The notes under the pieces were generated by a model. The model was not told the origin of the DNA, did not search any database, and was given only the letters and a program-made list of their open reading frames with translations. Below are positions 8,917 through 17,065 of a stretch of 64,000 bases of DNA, in pieces. This DNA is from Candidatus Methanomethylophilaceae archaeon (GTDB lineage Archaea; Thermoplasmatota; Thermoplasmata; Methanomassiliicoccales; Methanomethylophilaceae), in NCBI GenBank assembly GCA_944320495.1, contig CALUHR010000003.1, positions 1-64,000 of the forward strand. The letters run 5' to 3'. Within the stretch, counting starts at the first letter, position 1; every line of letters starts with the position of its first letter. The position numbers and the translations under genes are program-made.

Positions 8917-10405
8917 ACATATATGCATTGAAGAACCCCCAAACAAAAAGGAGTTTACATTTCACCCAGGCATTAATTTAATTCACAGTCACAATAACTC
9001 ATACGGCAAAACAACGTTGCTTCGTTTTATTTTATATGGACTTGGATTCACAATTCCAAACTTAGAAAAACTTCACATGGAACAATGTTTCGTCACTATA
9101 ACAGTTATTCATGGAGATAGAACAATTATCATCAATAGACATGAATCTGACATCTCTGTTGAGGAATTTAATGAAAAGACATACTATCGCACTCCACGCG
9201 AGTTGATGGCAGCAAGATCGAAAATCTTTAACTCCGATAACAAGCAACTTTTAGAGTCAATTCTTGGAGCCATGTATATAGACCAGGAACGTGGCTGGAC
9301 TCTACTTAATCGCGGAAAGGTAATAGGTTCAAATGAATTTCAGATTGAATCGTTCCTTAATTCAATAGCCAAGGACGATGTTGAATCTTTAATTATTGAA
9401 AAAAATAAACTCAGCAGAGAACTTGAGAGGTATAAACAACTACTTACGTTATCGGACAGACAGAGAACAATCGATGACTTTGATAAAAAAAGAATCAACC
9501 TTTCTGAAATTGAATCTGTACAGACATCTTTGGATTCTCTAAATATCCAATTGAGATCGTTAAAAAAAGAAGAAAAACGTATCAAAGAATCAATAAAGGA
9601 TAATAAAAAATTCATTGATTATATTGATCAAATGAAATTGGTTATAAAAGTTGGTGGCGAGATTATTCCATTGACCCATGACATGATCGTAACATGTCCA
9701 GATAATATGAGTTTCCTTGAAGCTCGTCTTGAAGTAACCCGGATGTCGATTTCTAAAATAACTGAAAAAATGATCAAGACTGAATCCGAATTAAACAAAT
9801 TATTGGATGAAAAAAAGTCTGATGAAATTATAGAAGCTTACTCTATAATACCAATTTCTAAAATCAATATCGATTCTGAAAAAATTCAATCTTCCATTAA
9901 CTTAATGAAAAACAGATTATCGATTTTAAATAAACAAATTGAATCAGCTCAAGATAAAACAAAAATTACAACTAAATTAGATTCACTAATATTGAGAAAT
10001 GCTGACGAACTTAATGTCTCACAATACATACAAAATGCTTCCAGACCTCTTTGCAAAATAGAAAAATTAAAAGGGTTCTCGGGTACAAAGTACAGAAAGG
10101 TCATACTTTCATATAGATTGGCTTATGCTTCATTGATTGAAGAAGTTGAAAAACTCACACTTCCACTAATAATAGACTCCCCTTCAGGTGAAGTGGATGA
10201 TACAAATCTCAGCGAAATGGTAAACATATTCCCCAAACTGTACTCCCATCATCAGGTCATCATTGCCTCGATAGATAGTCTCGACTCTCTTGAAAAAGAC
10301 ATGACCATTGAACTCAACACAGAAAACAAGCTGATTGATGTCCGGAAGGATGAAAATTTATTGGACGTTTTTTTAGATAAGACCGGCAACTATAAACCGG
10401 TCTAA
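8906..10405 (+). CDS. SMC/Rad50-like ABC ATPase (LmuB-like)
   Basis: Walker A NNSYGKTT, coiled-coil middle, FSG signature, Walker B LIIDSP; TTG start. Confidence 0.75.
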   Translation: MWIKHICIEEPPNKKEFTFHPGINLIHSHNNSYGKTTLLRFILYGLGFTIPNLEKLHMEQCFVTITVIHGDRTIIINRHESDISVEEFNEKTYYRTPRELMAARSKIFNSDNKQLLESILGAMYIDQERGWTLLNRGKVIGSNEFQIESFLNSIAKDDVESLIIEKNKLSRELERYKQLLTLSDRQRTIDDFDKKRINLSEIESVQTSLDSLNIQLRSLKKEEKRIKESIKDNKKFIDYIDQMKLVIKVGGEIIPLTHDMIVTCPDNMSFLEARLEVTRMSISKITEKMIKTESELNKLLDEKKSDEIIEAYSIIPISKINIDSEKIQSSINLMKNRLSILNKQIESAQDKTKITTKLDSLILRNADELNVSQYIQNASRPLCKIEKLKGFSGTKYRKVILSYRLAYASLIEEVEKLTLPLIIDSPSGEVDDTNLSEMVNIFPKLYSHHQVIIASIDSLDSLEKDMTIELNTENKLIDVRKDENLLDVFLDKTGNYKPV

Positions 10406-10419
10406 CACTTCTGTAGTCT

Positions 10420-10830
10420 GTGCAGAAAACTCCTGAACAGATCCATTACAATATGTCTCGTATCCGTTGCAAGGACACCAAAATTGAAGTGGAACTCAGA
10501 AAAGAGCTCTGGTCTCGTGGACTCCGTTATCGTAAGAATGTTAAAAACATCCCAGGTAAACCAGACATCGCATTCATTGGAAAGAAGATTGCCGTATTCT
10601 GTGACAGCGAATTCTGGCATGGTTACGATTGGGAACATCGTAAGAACGATATCAAAACCCGCAGAGAGTTCTGGATTCCCAAGATTGAGAAGAACATACA
10701 AAGAGATTTAGAAGTGAACCAGCTACTGGAAGAACAGGGTTGGATTGTCCTGAGATTCTGGGGAAAGGAAATCCAGAAGAATCTCTCAGGCTGCGCGGAT
10801 AGGATAGAAAAGGTGGTGAGAGAAAGATGA
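10420..10830 (+). CDS. vsr: Very short patch repair endonuclease
   Basis: MSRIRCKDTKIE, PGKPDI, FCDSEFWHG, FW.PKIEKN.QRD, GW.VLRFW. Confidence 0.92.
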   Translation: MQKTPEQIHYNMSRIRCKDTKIEVELRKELWSRGLRYRKNVKNIPGKPDIAFIGKKIAVFCDSEFWHGYDWEHRKNDIKTRREFWIPKIEKNIQRDLEVNQLLEEQGWIVLRFWGKEIQKNLSGCADRIEKVVRER

Positions 10831-11906
10831 CGGCCAAATTCAAGTCCATAGACCTCTTCGCAGGGATAGGCGGAATCCGCATGGGATTCGACAGAGCCTT
10901 CGGCGACGAAATCGAAACAGTCTTCGCCAGCGAATGGGATTCCTACGCGCAGCAAACCTACAAGGCCAACTTCGATACTCCCGAAGAGATCAACGGAGAC
11001 ATCACCAAGATCGACGAGAAGGACGTTCCCGACTTTGATATCTGTCTTGCTGGATTTCCCTGCCAGGCATTCTCCATCGCCGGAAAAAAACAGGGATTCA
11101 ACGATGATTACAAAGGAATGTCTCGCGGAACTTTGTTCTTCGACGTTGTAAGAATCTGCGATCTCCACAGACCCAAGGTAATTTTCTGTGAGAACGTCAA
11201 GGGTCTGACGATTCATGATAAGGGGAGAACCTTCGACGTGATCATCAACACTCTGAAGAATATGGGATACACGCCGCTTTATAAGGTTCTGAACAGCAAG
11301 GACTACGGTGTCCCTCAGAACAGGGAGCGTATCTACATCGTAGCTTTCAGGAATGACATAGACTGTTCTGGATTCCAGTTCCCTCAGCCCACCAACTCCA
11401 AGACATGCATCGCTGACATCATGGAAAAGGATCCGGTTTCGGTCAAATACTATCTGAGCGACGTGTATCTGGAGACCCTCAGAAAGCACAGAGCGAGACA
11501 CGAGGCTGCTGGCCATGGATTCGGGTATGAAATCAAAGATCTCGACGGAGTTTCCTCGGCTCTTGTCTGCGGAGGCATGGGACGGGAGAGAAACCTAGTT
11601 ATCGACGACCGCCTTACCGATTTTACCCCGATTACTCATATCAAAGGCAAAGTTAACCGCGAAGGCGTCAGGAAGATGACCCCTCGCGAATGGGCCAGAC
11701 TTCAGGGATTCCCCGACGACTTTAAACTTGTATTATCCGATACCCACCTCTACAAACAGTTCGGCAATTCGGTAACCGTCCCGGTAATCGAAGCCATTGC
11801 AAAAGAAGTCAGGAGGACTTTGGATGGGGATAACAAGGGGGAATTCGGGGGAGTGGTCGGAACCGTACGTTCTGCTCAGTCTGCTCTCCGAGGGTCGTAT
11901 ATATGA
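10827..11906 (+). CDS. dcm: DNA (cytosine-5) methyltransferase
   Basis: DLFAGIGG, AGFPCQAFS, ENVKGL, PQNRERIYIV, YKQFGNSV. Ends at 11891 if CGA is a stop. Confidence 0.95.
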   Translation: MTAKFKSIDLFAGIGGIRMGFDRAFGDEIETVFASEWDSYAQQTYKANFDTPEEINGDITKIDEKDVPDFDICLAGFPCQAFSIAGKKQGFNDDYKGMSRGTLFFDVVRICDLHRPKVIFCENVKGLTIHDKGRTFDVIINTLKNMGYTPLYKVLNSKDYGVPQNRERIYIVAFRNDIDCSGFQFPQPTNSKTCIADIMEKDPVSVKYYLSDVYLETLRKHRARHEAAGHGFGYEIKDLDGVSSALVCGGMGRERNLVIDDRLTDFTPITHIKGKVNREGVRKMTPREWARLQGFPDDFKLVLSDTHLYKQFGNSVTVPVIEAIAKEVRRTLDGDNKGEFGGVVGTVRSAQSALRGSYI

Positions 11907-13125
11907 TGCCGATGGGAATCTCAACATTATAAAGGAAGTATGGCATGACATAAGTTCGGTCATCTTCAAACAGGATTCCAAAGATAAAGTAGGTTCTCTC
12001 AGATATGATATCAATCTGGACAAGAAGACCGTTGATGTCTATCTGAACGGCAATCATCTGATACGCATTTCACGTGAAGAATGCAGAAAGTACGCAGAGG
12101 GGCTTCGCGATGCCATCAGAAACTCGCACAGCTCTAAAGGTACAATCGACATAGACCGTTCCTACTCGGATTACCTCAGATCCATAGGCCGTAATGCTCT
12201 AAAGGCCAGCAGCAAAGACACTCCCGACATCTGGCTGAATATGCCAGATGTCCGCAACACATCGAACAAACCCCTTGGATTCAGCATCAAATCCCGTTTG
12301 AGCAATCATCTGCCTACGATTTTCAACAGCAGCGGAGCATCAAACATCATCTATGAGATTACTGGAGACGTTACCGATGAGAAAATCTCCGAGCTGATGA
12401 AAATGGTAATCGCACACGGTTCGTCTGGTGAAGAACACGACCGCAAATTCGTCTATCCCAATTATCCGCTCCGCATCAAGACCTTCAAAGACATGGGTCT
12501 GGGTCTGAAATACCACAGTGCGGAATCATTAAAGACGGAAGACGACGGAGGCATACTGTTCAAAGGAACTGACCCGTTTGAGAAGAATCTCCTGATGATC
12601 GATTACTGCATGCCCCAGATACTGGCCGATATGACCGCGGAGGCCTACTTCAACGGTGTGATGAACATATCCGATCTCGTCAGAATTCTTGACGGTAAAG
12701 ACAGATTCGGCGTGAATCCATCCGAATCATACCCGTTCTACAAAAAGAAGGTTCAGGACATGCTGGTTGCGATGACCACATCCATGACCGCTGCAAAGAT
12801 ATGGGATGGCACCGAAGGTACCAACGGCGGTCTGATTATCGTGAAGGAGGACGGAGATATCGTTTGTTACCACATCTTCGATCGCAACGATTTCAGAGAG
12901 TTCCTGCTAAACAACATGAAATTCGAGTATCCGGACAATTCCAGATACTTCTCTACGGGAATCATCGAGAATCACGGGAAGTACTTTATGAGCCTGAACG
13001 TGCAGATCCGTATGGGCCAGAAAAAGAGGAAGGGCTCTTCCAGGCAGTCGGAAGGTTACTACGACATCGATGCGGGCAGGTATCTGGACAAGAGTCCGAT
13101 AGAGGAGAAGACCGTTTGGTTCTGA
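11824..13125 (+). CDS. Type II restriction endonuclease, HpaII-like family
   Basis: N-terminus GNSGEWSE.Y...L resembles the HpaII family; adjacent to a C5 MTase and vsr. Recognition site not determined. Confidence 0.7.
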   Translation: MGITRGNSGEWSEPYVLLSLLSEGRIYDADGNLNIIKEVWHDISSVIFKQDSKDKVGSLRYDINLDKKTVDVYLNGNHLIRISREECRKYAEGLRDAIRNSHSSKGTIDIDRSYSDYLRSIGRNALKASSKDTPDIWLNMPDVRNTSNKPLGFSIKSRLSNHLPTIFNSSGASNIIYEITGDVTDEKISELMKMVIAHGSSGEEHDRKFVYPNYPLRIKTFKDMGLGLKYHSAESLKTEDDGGILFKGTDPFEKNLLMIDYCMPQILADMTAEAYFNGVMNISDLVRILDGKDRFGVNPSESYPFYKKKVQDMLVAMTTSMTAAKIWDGTEGTNGGLIIVKEDGDIVCYHIFDRNDFREFLLNNMKFEYPDNSRYFSTGIIENHGKYFMSLNVQIRMGQKKRKGSSRQSEGYYDIDAGRYLDKSPIEEKTVWF

Positions 13126-13131
13126 CAGTCT

Positions 13132-13701
13132 ATGTCAAAATTTCCACAAACCGATAACAAACCCCTTCATTCAACCATCAGACACCAGTTGAAGGTCTCC
13201 AAACTCCACCGCATTACGAGAGAGGACATGGTTAAACTGGATTATTTTAGACGTCAGGTGTTCTCACTCGGAGAGAAACACCGTCAGTTATGGTCCAAGT
13301 ACAACTTCTTTAACATATCTGGGTACACTGATCCCAAGATATGCGAAAAGTACGGTACTCAGGCAGCATCAGAAATGTGTTGTTTGTATGAAGACTGGCT
13401 CGGACTCCGGAGAGAGATAGAACAATTCCTGGAACTGAAGGATCTCCCCATGACCTATGACGAACATGTATGGTCAAGACCGTATGTGGTCTCATCTTCT
13501 GGAACCATGAAGTACGACGGCACCTACGTGACAACGGGATTCGATTCGGGACCGGCAAAATGGTGCGAGATAACCCTGGATGGAATGACGAGCAAGATGC
13601 ATTCCCGTCGTCACCTCCAAAGGATTGAGCAGTATTCGATAGCTGGCTTTGCTACAGGTATTATCGGAATAGTGCTTTCGTTGGTGATGTTCTTTTACTG
13701 A
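13132..13701 (+). CDS. Hypothetical protein with C-terminal TM helix
   Basis: 189-aa ORF ending IAGFATGIIGIVLSLVMFFY. Confidence 0.6.
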   Translation: MSKFPQTDNKPLHSTIRHQLKVSKLHRITREDMVKLDYFRRQVFSLGEKHRQLWSKYNFFNISGYTDPKICEKYGTQAASEMCCLYEDWLGLRREIEQFLELKDLPMTYDEHVWSRPYVVSSSGTMKYDGTYVTTGFDSGPAKWCEITLDGMTSKMHSRRHLQRIEQYSIAGFATGIIGIVLSLVMFFY

Positions 13702-13706
13702 TTTCT

Positions 13707-14054
13707 TTAACGCTTCTCTTTTTCCAACTTCTCCGCACGGGCCTTCCTATCTTTGGCGTATTCCTCCTCGGCCATGCGAAGACGCTCTTCCGGATTAAGA
13801 TCCTGCTCCATCGCCTCTTCCATATGGTCTTCTTCATAGGATATCAAACGGTTACGGATGTCCTGAGATTCAAGATCGAACCCATAGTAAGAGCGAGTCC
13901 TCTTTCTAAGGATGACCTCCCCGTTATGCACATGCCACTCTACGATATCTTCGCCCTTTACCAACTCCAGCAGCTCGGCTATCTTGATACTACATGTGAT
14001 GCGCCCATAGTTGTCGTACTTGGATTCTCCGACTTTCACCATTTTAACCATCAT
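13707..14054 (-). CDS. AbrB/MazE-like DNA-binding regulator
   Basis: SKYDNYGRITCSIKIAELLEL.KGEDIVEW.V.NGEVILRK fits the swapped-hairpin fold; divergent from the integrase. Confidence 0.6.
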   Translation of the reverse strand: MMVKMVKVGESKYDNYGRITCSIKIAELLELVKGEDIVEWHVHNGEVILRKRTRSYYGFDLESQDIRNRLISYEEDHMEEAMEQDLNPEERLRMAEEEYAKDRKARAEKLEKEKR

Positions 14055-14130
14055 TGGCAACGTTGCCAAATAATTTAATATATGGTTGGCAATATTGGCA
14101 ATAATGAATCAAATTGCCGTAATTGCCAAT
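14054..14130. promoter_or_regulatory. Operator array (six TGGCAA/TTGCC half-sites) in a divergent promoter
   Basis: Palindrome TTGGCAACGTTGCCAA 14054-14069, tandem TTGGCAATA x2 14086-14103, two reverse copies, TATA-like TTAATATAT between them. Confidence 0.6.
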
Positions 14131-14355
14131 GAAGGTAGCACACACATTCCTGAGTCTGGAACCGCGCATCCAGATCACACATCCGACCTCTTCACAAGAA
14201 CCAACAGAGCCGCGCACATCAGTGCACTGGGCATCTTCCTGAGGAACTTCCCTCTAGAGGTGTTCGACGACAGCGAGAGATCCTGGTTCCTCGCATTCGA
14301 GTCCAGGGTCTGCAGAATGGAATCCGAGGCCTTCGACGACCTTGGACTGGAGTGA
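14104..14355 (+). CDS. Small ORF upstream of the integrase (possible excisionase/regulator)
   Basis: ORF whose TGA abuts the integrase GTG; no recognisable motif. Confidence 0.3.
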   Translation: MNQIAVIANEGSTHIPESGTAHPDHTSDLFTRTNRAAHISALGIFLRNFPLEVFDDSERSWFLAFESRVCRMESEAFDDLGLE

Positions 14356-15318
14356 GTGGCAACCATGGCAAAGGGCAACTACTCTGGAATATCTTGCATC
14401 AACGAGCACATTGCCAACACCTACAGGAGGTCGAAGGAAGAGACCTCCTCGAAGTACCGCGGAGTCCTCTACCAAATCAACGGCGATCTTCAGCAGAACG
14501 GATACTCCACCAACCCCCGCGAGTTCGATGAGGAAACAATCGAGTTCCTCTTGGGACTCTGGAAGGAGCGCGACCTCGCGGTGTCCACCAAGAACTGGTA
14601 CCTGCACATCCTGAGAAGATACCTCGCCTACTTCCAGAACGACGTTGTGGAGCAGATGGGCGTGGACTTCGGCCAGGACGTCCGCCCCAACGTCAACTGG
14701 CTCTCTGACGAGCAGGCCGAGCAGCTCATGGACATGGAGAAGACTCCTCTCGAGGAGGTCGTCATCCACCTGGAGCTCTGCCTCGGCCTCAGGATTGTGG
14801 AGGTATGCAGGCTGCGCCTCACTGACATCCACTTCGACGAAGACCCCCGCAAGTGCTATGTCTCCGTCCGCGGGAAAGGCAAGGGGGACGGCAAGTGGAG
14901 AAGCATCCCGTTCCACCCAGACTCCAAGGAGGTCTTTAGGCGCTGGATTGCCAGACGCAACGAGATCATCGCCAGGATGCACGAGTTCGACCCCTCGTGG
15001 AAGGTTCCCGATGAATTCCTGATCTGGTGCCACTACGACAACCGCCCCTCCGCTGGACGCTATACCGAGAGAGGTCACAGCCTCGACCGCGCAGTTATCC
15101 ACAAGGTCCGCGACCGTGCCGGATTCGAGTTCTCCAATCACACTCTCAGGAGGACATTCGGCCGCACGCTCTACCGTGCCGGCATCCCGATCGAGACGAT
15201 TTCCAAGCTCTACGGCCATGATGACGTCAAGACAACCATCCGTTACCTCGGGATTGACCTCGACGACATGGGCTCCGCCCTTGCCAGAATGTACGAGTAC
15301 CAGTACTCCAGGAGATGA
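14356..15318 (+). CDS. Tyrosine recombinase/integrase (XerA-like)
   Basis: CLGLRIVEV (R), GKG (K), HTLRRTFGR (HxxR), LYGH...TTIRYL (H, Y). Confidence 0.95.
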   Translation: MATMAKGNYSGISCINEHIANTYRRSKEETSSKYRGVLYQINGDLQQNGYSTNPREFDEETIEFLLGLWKERDLAVSTKNWYLHILRRYLAYFQNDVVEQMGVDFGQDVRPNVNWLSDEQAEQLMDMEKTPLEEVVIHLELCLGLRIVEVCRLRLTDIHFDEDPRKCYVSVRGKGKGDGKWRSIPFHPDSKEVFRRWIARRNEIIARMHEFDPSWKVPDEFLIWCHYDNRPSAGRYTERGHSLDRAVIHKVRDRAGFEFSNHTLRRTFGRTLYRAGIPIETISKLYGHDDVKTTIRYLGIDLDDMGSALARMYEYQYSRR

Positions 15319-15351
15319 TCAGGTGACCCCCTCAAACACGGTCCCCGAACC

Positions 15352-15374
15352 CAAATCAGGGAGTGGGGACCATC
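15352..15374 (+). repeat. attR core
   Basis: Identical to 6329-6351; lies within the inverted repeat GGTCCCC...GGGGACC (15340-15371). Confidence 0.9.
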
Positions 15375-15550
15375 ACTTCCGAAACGCTGCCGGCCCGATG
15401 GTATGGAAATCCTGTACCAAGCCCGGCTTTGATCGGCCATACACCTTTCATCGATTCCCTGCAGATGCCTGAAGCAGACTACCTCTGGCATGCTCGTATG
15501 AGTAGCCTCGAAACATTTTTCTCCGATGCGCGGGAACCGCCCGCGAGAGC

Positions 15551-16750
15551 ATGACCCCGAGACAATGGCTTCCTCTGATCGCGATAGTCATATGCGTATT
15601 CATCGTGAACATGTCGGAGTTCATGCCGATCGGTCTTCTGACCGACATCGCGACCGATTTCGACATCTCGGAGTCCAAGGCGGGTCTGCTCATATCGTTC
15701 TACGCCTGGGCGGTGGCGATCCTCTCACTTCCGATCATGCTTCTACTCCGCAAGATGGAGTACCGCAGGATGTTCCTGATGACCATAGCCCTCTTCGCGT
15801 TCTTCCAGATCCTGTCGGGGATCAGCAGCAGCTACGGGATGCTCATGGCCTCCCGCATCGGTGTCGCCGTCGCTCACTCGATCTTCTGGTCCATAGCCAC
15901 CCCGCTCGCGGTCCGCGTCGTGCCTCCAGAGCTGCAGAAGCTCGCGCTCAGTGCGGTGGCGACCGGTACGTCCGTGGCCATGATCGCCGGACTCCCCCTG
16001 GGGAGGATCATCGGCCTGGCGCTCGGCTGGAGGATGACTTTCATCGTCATCGCCGTGGTCTCGATCGTCGCGCTGGTGCTGCTGATCTTCGTCTTCCCCA
16101 GGCTGGAGAACCCCGGGACCTTCACCCTCAGACGCCTCCCCGGCCTCCTGAGCAACAGGGTGCTCATCGGGATCTACGTTATGCTCGCCATCTACGTCAC
16201 CGGCTACTACACCGGATACAGCTACATCGAGCCCTTCCTGCAGCAGATCGCCGGATTCTCCGAGACGATGACCACCGTCGCGCTGACCGTGTTCGGAGCG
16301 TTCGGGATCGTGGGCAGCATCCTGTTCACCAAGTTCTATGACAGGACCAGGTTCAGGTTCATGATCATGGCCCTGCTCGGGGCGGCGGTCTGCCTCCTTC
16401 TCCTGAGACCGTCCGTCGTCTCGATGCTCCTCGTATTGGCGGTATGCGCCTTCTGGGGGCTCTTCGCCACATGCTTCAACGTGGCATTCCAGAACGAGAC
16501 GCTCCGCGCGTCGCCCGAGGACGGGACCGCGATTTCGATGTCGTTGTTCAGCGGCATATTCAATGTCGGGATCGCCAGCGGTTCGCTCATCGGAGGATGG
16601 GTCACAGACTCCTCCGCCGGCGTGGGTTCCATCGGATTCGTCGGAGCTGCCTTCGTGATCGTGGCGGCGGCCATAACCGCATTCTATCTGATCAGGAAGA
16701 TGAGGATCGCCGACGGGGAACGCGCGAAGCGGCTGGCAGAGATCCGCTGA
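15551..16750 (+). CDS. MFS transporter (SotB/NepI-like efflux)
   Basis: SEFMPIGLL..IA.DF N-terminus, about 12 hydrophobic segments. Confidence 0.9.
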   Translation: MTPRQWLPLIAIVICVFIVNMSEFMPIGLLTDIATDFDISESKAGLLISFYAWAVAILSLPIMLLLRKMEYRRMFLMTIALFAFFQILSGISSSYGMLMASRIGVAVAHSIFWSIATPLAVRVVPPELQKLALSAVATGTSVAMIAGLPLGRIIGLALGWRMTFIVIAVVSIVALVLLIFVFPRLENPGTFTLRRLPGLLSNRVLIGIYVMLAIYVTGYYTGYSYIEPFLQQIAGFSETMTTVALTVFGAFGIVGSILFTKFYDRTRFRFMIMALLGAAVCLLLLRPSVVSMLLVLAVCAFWGLFATCFNVAFQNETLRASPEDGTAISMSLFSGIFNVGIASGSLIGGWVTDSSAGVGSIGFVGAAFVIVAAAITAFYLIRKMRIADGERAKRLAEIR

Positions 16751-16801
16751 CGGTGATCCGACTTCATCACACGGTGTCGGCATACCGCATAGTTTAATAA
16801 T

Positions 16802-16815
16802 TGAACAGTTGTTCA
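16802..16815. promoter_or_regulatory. ArsR/SmtB-type metal-repressor operator
   Basis: Perfect 6-2-6 palindrome TGAACA-GT-TGTTCA just downstream of a TTTAATAA box and upstream of a heavy-metal efflux operon. Confidence 0.65.
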
Positions 16816-16835
16816 TTTGTTCAAGTGAGAAAGCC

Positions 16836-17060
16836 ATGAAAGCCGTACTCAAGCTCGAAGGCCTGTGCTGCGCGAACTGCGCGGCGAAGATAGAGAACGC
16901 CGTACAGAAGATCGATGGTGTCGAAGAGGCCAACCTCTCGTTCATGACCCAGAAGCTGACCATCCAGGCTCCGGATTCCGAGATGGACCGCATAATCGAG
17001 GAGGCCTCCAGGATCGCCAAGAGGATCGAAGCCGAGGTCGTCGTGAGAAGGCTCAAGTGA
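16836..17060 (+). CDS. Stand-alone heavy-metal-associated (HMA) domain protein
   Basis: GLCCANCA motif, 74 aa. Confidence 0.9.
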   Translation: MKAVLKLEGLCCANCAAKIENAVQKIDGVEEANLSFMTQKLTIQAPDSEMDRIIEEASRIAKRIEAEVVVRRLK

Positions 17061-17065
17061 TCCCG

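Larger units (their letters stand above)
6329..15374. mobile_element. Integrated rolling-circle plasmid/ICE-like element (about 9 kb) carrying defence genes
   Basis: Perfect 23-bp direct repeats at both ends, tyrosine recombinase at the right end, HUH Rep at the left end, AT-rich cargo unlike the host. Confidence 0.9.
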
